From: Bigelowiella natans CCMP2755
Taxonomy: Eukaryota; Protista; Cercozoa
Direction: 5' to 3'
Length of the DNA stretch: 64,000 bases
Assembly: GCA_000320545.1 (NCBI GenBank)
Contig: ADNK01000283.1
Coordinates: 1 to 64,000, forward strand
The notes beneath the pieces were generated by a model, which had not been told where the DNA came from, searched no databases, and worked only from the letters and a program-made list of their open reading frames with translations. Positions 56,483-64,000 of this stretch are shown piece by piece (the stretch's first letter is position 1; each line of letters opens with the position of its first letter). Position numbers and translations under genes: made by a program.

Positions 56483-57081
56483 TGGACGACGGAACCGGCA
56501 CGTTGCCGGTCCAGTTTCAAACTTGAGCGGAAACACCTTCCGTATTTATCCTACGACTTATATATGGAAATGTCACAAGCAGAAATTCTCATTCATTCAC
56601 CTTCCGTGCTGTGAAAATCAGCGAATCCCAGGTTCGATTCTGATTTTCCTATGACGACAATGAAGAAAAGATGTTTTTCCATCAGATCTCAGGTGATTCG
56701 CTACATCGCGTCAAAATTGCTGGGGTACCTATGATGTCATGAGTGGTTTGGATCGCAATCTTCGATAAATATTTCAAGATAGTATACCAGGTATACCGAA
56801 CAGTAGCCTCACAAATATTTTCGCATCTTGGCCTTCGTCTTTATCCTTGGTTCCCAAAAGAGTCATTATTAAACCAAATATATCATGATTTTATTTCCCA
56901 TTATCCTCTCGCAATCACAACAACGTCCCAACAGCAACACTAGAACAAACACAACCAAAACCAACGTCTTTGTGAAGGACGAAAGGAAAGAGAGTACCTC
57001 CCCCATTATTCCGCCAGAGCGGCGTGTGTTTCCCAGGAGGCAGAAGCGAAACCGGCTGCATTGCCCCCAATCCCAGTCGAC

Positions 57082-60000
57082 ATGGATGGTATGTGGGGGC
57101 AGCTCTCTAATCTGGTTAACAACGACACATTGGAAAACATCAAAGGCACGGTCTCAAACATAGCTAGAGATTTGGGCACTTTAGATGATGATGATGAAGA
57201 AGGAGACTCGGACTACGACGAGAGAAACGCAGAGGAATTGGCTGCAACTTCGATTGAGGTGGCGTTCGTTGTCAAATTTCAGCTGTTCACTCCCGCTATT
57301 TCTTTGGATATTCCACCTGCATTGTATCTCATGTCGATCCTTCTTGAAACATATGTGCACGCAGTTACGAGACTACAAGGAAGAGGTCATGCAGCTCCGT
57401 CAACAGCTACGAGAGAAAACCACCCTGTTCCGGGAAGAGTTAAAGAGAAAAGAGGTAGGTATTAAGAACGAATGCAGTAGTAGAAACCCAACTCGTATTT
57501 GCGTCCTAGTTCTAAACGAGCGGGAAAGAAAGTGCCCTTATCGCAATTGCTATTCTGTTTACACTCATACCGCCCTCTTTTGTAGCGAGAATTGACGGGA
57601 TTCAAGCAAAAGTTAGCTCAGCGCGCGGAGGCTTCGGCGACTTCCTCCAAGGCGGGTGGGTCAGCGTCTCATGGAGGCGATAGCGACCCTGCTGTTAAGA
57701 AAAAGCACGAGGGGGGAGGGAATGAAGAGGCACAAGTCTCTTACAAGGAATATCATGAGCTTCAAAACAAACACCAACAGGTATGTTAACTGACGGTGAA
57801 GCCCGGTGATGAGACAGCTGTTTTCCTTCTTGCTCATTGTTACCTGCTCACCAATTTTAAATGCTGAGTATTAGCTACTTATTTCTTCTCGCAGGTGAGG
57901 CGATCTTTGGAGAACAAATTGGGAAAATATAAGAAGGTAAAATTTCAAAAGTTAATACAAACACGCACAATTATGTTTATTATGTGTGTGTGCGTGTGCG
58001 CGCGTGTGTGCGTGTGCGTGTGCATGTGCGTGTGCCTCGACAAAATAATTCAATGACATCATACAAGTAACTTTGATTTGACTTATTAACATTTCCTGGT
58101 AAATAGGTGACAGGCGACTTGAAGATCCTACTCACACAAGAGCAAACAGGAAAAGCAGAACTCAAGCGAAAGCTCGACTTCGCTCTGAAACAAAGGGAGA
58201 AGGTGTTACTACTTTACTGGAACATTATCATCTAGGCTCGGTTGAATACATATGAATGTATTCTATTATTACACACGAATATGATAACGTGATACAACAC
58301 GCACGCGCCATCCAGCAACATAACATCTTGTACTACCATTACAAGCATCAGCAACAAGATTGAGAACAATTCATATATCCTTCTCTTATCCAGGACGCAG
58401 AGCTCGTCGCTGAATGCCAGAATAAACTCTCAAACCGCGGCAAAAGCGAGCAGCAGATGATGGAAAAGCTGGTTCACTTGTCCAAGAGCCAGCAACGCCT
58501 TGCCGACGTGGAGATCGAGGTGTCTAGACTGAAGGGGCAGCTCCAGCTCACAGAGAGGTGCGTTTGCATACTGATTATTGGGTACTCAAGGAGTGTCATA
58601 TAGAGGGTTTATTTAGCTGTTTTAATGCATAAATTCTCCAATCTTCCTTCTCCTCCTCCTCCTCCTCCTCCTTCTCCTCCTCTTTTAGGCAGAACAAGGA
58701 GGTCACCGAAAAGTGCCTGAAGCTGACGAAGGTTGGCGCGTCACAGAATCTATTCCATCCTACGCATTACCGTCAACTTGCCGTGATCCTAAACGAGAAA
58801 GCACCATGATGGGGATCATCGTCAGCGTCTGACATGCGTGAATATTTTGTGTGTGCGATGGTGATTAGGATAACGTTTCATTGCGTGAGTCACAGGACAC
58901 GTTGAAAGATGAAAAGGCTGATCTAACGAGGGGGAGAGAGAAACTTGAAGTAGTAAACTAGCAGTTATATTTATTACCTTTTCCCGCACCTGTCCGCTGC
59001 TGTTGACCTGTTACTTCTGCAATCCGTCTGCTGACCTGGCCATTTTGTTTCACACGCACGCAACCATAGAAAGCTCTCGATGACTCGAAAGAGCAGGAGA
59101 AATTCCTCTCGCATCAACTGTCACGCACACGAGCTGCTCTGGAAGCGAAAAAGGTGGTTTTATGCATGTACCTTCGCAATATGATCACACCAAAAATATG
59201 AATAATACTCACCTTTACATTACCCTTCAGGCCGAGTGCCTAGCCATGGAGGAGATGGTGAAACAGGGGGGGGGGGACGACTCTCGTGTGAAGGGGTTGC
59301 AGCAGGAGGCTAAGGAGCATGCAGAGCGTGCAAAGGTCGCTGCAAACGCACAAATCGAGGCCCAAGCAAAGGAGATCAAGGCACTGAAGAGCCAGGTCGA
59401 GTCATTGCGCTCGCAGCAAGCAGCAGCCTCAGCAGCATCAGGAAGTAGTAGGGCATCCTCAACGGCAGGTAGCAATGGTGACGCAGAGGACATTCTCAGG
59501 AAAGTCGAGGCGCGGAACAAGAGCAAAAGCGAGGCCATGAAGAACAAGATCTTAGAGCTTCAGGCCAATGTGCGAGAGCAGATGGATGCACGAGCGATGC
59601 ACGAGGAGCGGGCGCGGCAAGCTGAGCGGGTTGTCCAAGTGCAAAAGCAGCGTATTCATTCGCTGACAAACGACAGGGATGCGCTTGTGAAGGACCTACA
59701 CGATGCCCGCTTAGCACTGAAGAAGGAAGAGGAGTCGCTCACAAAAAGAAGATCGACAAACCGGGAGCGGGTAGAAGAGCTCGAGGGTGAGCTAAAGCTT
59801 GCTAAGGAGCAGCACAGCTCCCTTCAGAAGCGTCATGCTGACCACCTCTCAGCCACGGAGATGCATATCTCCTCCAACCGCGTCCTGGCGTCGGCCGTAC
59901 AAGACATCTTGGACATACTCACCAGCTTCTGCAAGCATCATGGCATCGATGTGTCCTCCTCCTCCTCTTCCTCTTCTTCCTCGTCGTCGTTGCCAGGTAA

Positions 60001-61543
60001 TGGCGATCCACATGATGACGATGCTACTGCGGCTGACGATGAGCACATCATATTGGGTAAGACGGAGAGCCGGATGGCTCTCGATGCTGTCCGTGTTATA
60101 ATCCCCCTGGCCTCTAAATGGGCGCGCGACTCGCGTGAGAAGGCCGTGGCCGTTGCAAAAGCAGAGGCTCTTGAAGGAGATCTCAAAAAAAGTGTGAATG
60201 CTCAGGTTGGGGACGTCAGGCAGCACTATGAGGAGCAGCTTGCAAAGCTGCAAGCTGACTGCGACGAGGCCTTCAAGCGAGAGGAACTCGCTAGACGCAA
60301 GGCCGCCAAGGCAGAAGCAGCGCGCGTGCGGATGGAGGAGGACCACACGGAGCTCATCACACAGCTGGAGGATAGGGATAAGATCATCGACGATCAAGAC
60401 AAGCAAGGTCGGGAATCGGTATCGAAGAAGGATGCACAGCTGAAGGAGGCGGTTCGTGCTGCTTCCAAGCTGCGTCAGGAGCTTGCTGCTGCGCAGCAGG
60501 AGTCAGAGCTACGAGAGCGAACCATCAAGCAGCGCGACGACGAGCTCACTGAAACGTACGCGGAGCTTAAGGAGGCAATGCAGCGCGTCTCCAAGCTAGA
60601 GGAAGAGTTGGATTCCGGCGTGGCGGGTGATGGCGAAGAGATGGGCGCGAGTGAGGCGGTGAAATTGGAACTCGAGGCACTCCGCGCCCGCGTGCGCGCA
60701 TCGGACGGTAGAGTGCAGGAACTTGAGGAGGAATTGCAGACCATGGCATCGCTAGCGGATGACTTCTCGGCCCTGCAGCGACGATATGATTCCCAATCAC
60801 AGGATACCGAGCGCGCCGGTTCTGCCCTGAAGGAGATGCAGGCCACCATTGAGCAAATGGAACAGGACGGCGAGAGGGCAGCGAAAGTCGCTAAAGAGAA
60901 GATCGAGGAAGCTCAAAAAGCAGTTGAGGCCGCAAAAGGTGTGCAGGAGCGCCAGGCCCTCCTCGAATCCAAGCTCAACAACAGTGAAAGCCACGCTCAA
61001 GAGCTCGGCAGGGAACTCTCTGGGGCGCAGCGCTACGTTCTGAAGCTTGAGAACGAGAACAATGCTCTGCGGAACGGATACGAGCGCATGATGCAGAAGA
61101 TGCGCGAGCTATCGTCAGAAGGAAATATGGTTGATCGTCGGTTGGTAGTAAAGCTCATTGTGACATACTTTCAACAGAACTACTCGTCCGATGTTTTAGA
61201 CCTCATGGCACGCATGCTTCAGTTCACCGAGGATGATAAGCGCAAAGTTGGTATTGGGCAAGGCGTGCTCGGTAGCATGTCCAGCTGGCTCGCTTCAATT
61301 GCAGGCGGCGAGACGCACGACATGAAAGAATCCTTCGACGATAAAAACCTAGCTGACCTATGGGTTGACTTCCTTATGCAGGAAACCACGGAAAATTCGC
61401 AGCAGAGTCCTTCTGAGAAGCATGAAGGAAATAACACAGATGGAAAGCGAGTAATGGGGGAGGCACCATCATCTCCTACCACGCAGAAAGGTAGCATACC
61501 TTCAGCGCGGGGGCATGCTGCTCCGCCCGCAAAGTTGGGATGA
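57082..61543 (+). CDS. GRAB-domain golgin (GMAP-210/TRIP11, plant GC3/GC4 type)
   Basis: Long coiled coil. C-terminal VDRRLVVKLIVTYF...DVLDLMARMLQFTEDDKRKVGI (GRAB) and LADLWVDFLMQE (GA1). The N-terminus is amphipathic. The terminal exon is 2.3 kb. Confidence 0.88.
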
Positions 61544-61639
61544 TCGACGAGAAATCTCTAACTCGCCATCGCTTCATTTGCGTATCACGTGTTTTTGTGT
61601 TTGATGAGTCTTTCAAAAGTAAGTACACATAGAAGAACA

Positions 61640-62270
61640 GTGCGAATGGTTGCATGGTATCTAGGCGCGTGCTGCTATGGCCTGCCGCATGCTAGCATGC
61701 TTGCACAGATGATTCACTTGAGTGACGTGGGTGATGCCACGATGCACGCATGAATGCCATCAAAATTGCTGTTGTTTGCGCCTTCATGGTGGAATGGCAC
61801 AATTTCTGAATGCATGCCAGCATGCACACATGCAAGTCGCAGCCATTGCACTTTTTGCGTGTTGCACACGTGCAACAAACTAGCAAAGACCACAAGACCA
61901 AGCTAGCAAGCACACACGTACAGAACAGAATGATTGCAGGTGACGCATGTGCTGAGCTGACAGGCAACCAGCTAGCTAGGCAAGGCCACAGCTGAACAGT
62001 CCAGCTTGATGTCCCACCTGCAGCGTTCGTTGGCGAACACTTGTGAAGGTCAGTGCCAGAGTGGACGATTTTTCTTTCAACCTGCGAGGATCACTTGCAG
62101 CAGGCCATGCCACGATGTGCATCACACGTGTTTGTGTGTGTGTGTGTGTGTGTGTGTGCCCGCACGGGCACTTCAAATCAAACATCAAGCAGCGACTTCT
62201 TGGAGGCTCGTGCACACCGCTGCTGAGGAGGAGCAAAGGGGTGCATCTAGCGACGGCAAGCCTGGGTAAA
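61640..62270. other. CTAG/CATG/TGCA-rich intergenic block
   Basis: Downstream of the golgin stop, with the same word bias. Confidence 0.65.
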
Positions 62271-62698
62271 CACAAACGAGCAAAAGGTCGTGTGAATTGA
62301 CACCCGCGGCGGCTTTTTGAAAATCAAAATGAGCGGGAACAGGGGGCGAGAGCCCTTCCGATCAAAAAGTGTTCAGTGTCAGGCGTCAGTGAGATTTGCA
62401 AGAAAGGAAAATTGAGGAAAGACTGTCTGCAACAACGATTCTTAATTCAACAGCCCGTTTCCATTGTCGCAGAAGTAAAATTCAATGGATCTCTTTCTAA
62501 ACCGTAGACTTACCAAATCGCTCCTTTTTTGAAGGAGGGAGTCCAGCCTTGCTGGTAGAGAAGAAATCCTTCTGCGACATGATTTATTGGTGGAATGTGT
62601 GAGAATTTAGGTCGGAATTTAGTCTAAATTGGTGTTTTTCGAAGAAGGTAGTTCTCATAATTTAATGCTGAAAAAGAAGGAGAAAGAATACCGAACTG

Positions 62699-62784
62699 TG
62701 GGCGTCCAAAATCGACTAGATATTCCGAGCATTTTGTAAGGAGCGACAAGGTATTTTGAGCTGTTTCCTTCTCCCATTCTATTC
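62699..62784 (+). repeat. Dispersed ~85-bp element, copy 2
   Basis: tgggcgtccaaaatcgactagatattccgagcattttg...cattctattc, in the same orientation as copy 1. Confidence 0.95.
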
Positions 62785-63189
62785 TGCCCGGGCCTCCTTA
62801 AAGAAGCGCTCGAATCACTTAACAAACAACTCGTGCTACATGTGTTGTTTTTCCACGGCGCCTGTTGCTTTGATTCTTCTTCCTATTCATAATGGAAAGT
62901 GAGAGTGAGATCGCTGGTCACAAGCGAAACGTTTACGGACAGGCTCGCAACAAGCCCGAACAATGGAAGGTGGTATTTTGTGATCTCGATAAGTTATTAG
63001 ACCCGAGTTCTTCTTTTGAATAAAATAGGGTACATTGGAAGGATATTGGATTGGCAAAAAGCTTTGTGACACCGAACAGTACTACATTTTCCGCGCATGG
63101 GAAAGGAAAAGTAGAATAAATGCAAAAAGAAAAAGGTCAACGATCTCGTCCGTTTTGAATTGGGACATTATGATAACTCTTGTTTTATT

Positions 63190-63816
63190 ACAGATGTGAA
63201 ATTTGGATTCAAAAAAGAAATCGGCGAAGTGCATCGTATGTTTTTTTGGTTTTTTTAGAATCAATACGATGGGTCATAACATCATCACCAATCCCACGTT
63301 GTATTCATATGCTTCAAAGGGAGCTCAAGCAAGAGAGGGATGGAAAAATGGCGCAAGAAATAAAAACTATGAAAACATTAAGAGGATACTCTTCCTATTT
63401 CACCAATATCCTCGACCACTTCGTTGCAAAAGTAAGTGGAACGGATCGAGGTATCATTGTCCAAGAAATGCATGAAGGAAGTTTGCGTGCTTATCTGCAT
63501 CATCCTGGAAAAGCCGAACTATCATTTATTCATCGCCAGGCGTATTTTCGCCAGATCATCGATGCCATCTCCGTTATGCACAACGCAGGCATTATCCACA
63601 CGAATCTTCACCTAGGAAATATCCTCATCGGGTCGGATGGAAATATTCGGCTTACAGATTTCAGTTCATGCATTACAAATGTAACGGGGGACGAGGGGAG
63701 AACATGCAAATCAAGAAGAGCGACCAAAAATAGAATATTACACGGCTATCAGGCGCCAGAGACGAAAACGTAAATAAGATATTTTTCATTTTTTGTTTTC
63801 TGTTGACGATGAGATG

Positions 63817-63855
<39 letters not shown>

Positions 63856-64000
63856 CATTCTGCTAATAGGAATGGCACATTCTCGATGAAGACAGATATC
63901 TTCACCGCTGGCGTAGTACTTTTTTACCTGCTCTACAAATATCCTCCATTTATAGGGGAAGATAGCATAGATATAAGTAACCGCACGGTAGAAGAGAAGA
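63190..64000 (+). CDS. Protein-kinase-fold protein, probable pseudokinase (runs off the window end)
   Basis: QIIDAISVMHNAGIIHTNLHLGNILI...IRLTDFS...GYQAPE...KTDIFTAGVVLFYLL..YPPF. The 5' end is unresolved (candidate ATG at 63097). Confidence 0.85.

Noticed and set aside
59227-61497. Antisense and alternative-frame ORFs in the golgin exon
   Set aside because: These are expected shadows of a GC-rich coiled-coil exon.

Overview
Eukaryotic nuclear DNA, gene-dense and intron-rich (GT-AG), with very many microsatellites, so most of the supplied ORF track is noise. I rebuilt about 18 genes by hand-splicing. In order: NAD kinase (3' part), a short minus-strand gene, a CRAL-TRIO/Sec14 protein, a low-complexity hypothetical, DCN1-like, TAF8, an intronless divergent pair (ankyrin protein / C2HC zinc-finger protein), a ~70-aa spliced gene missed by the ORF track, a thylakoid-lumen PsbP-domain protein, a hypothetical membrane protein, a Patched/NPC1-type sterol-sensing protein, POFUT2, TTC39-like, a zf-4CXXC_R1 protein, a small putatively mitochondrial protein, guanylate kinase, a GRAB-domain golgin and a pseudokinase. 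Leaders of the signal-peptide plus transit-peptide type suggest an alga with a secondary plastid. A chlorarachniophyte-like host is my inference, not a certainty. The most striking non-genic pattern is a set of 0.3-1 kb CTAG/CATG/TGCA-saturated blocks. They lie downstream of gene 3' ends and never in divergent promoters, and they look like scars of methylation-driven (RIP-like) deamination. An ~85-bp element is shared between the intronless gene pair and the pseudokinase upstream region. Exon boundaries were read by eye and some termini are approximate.
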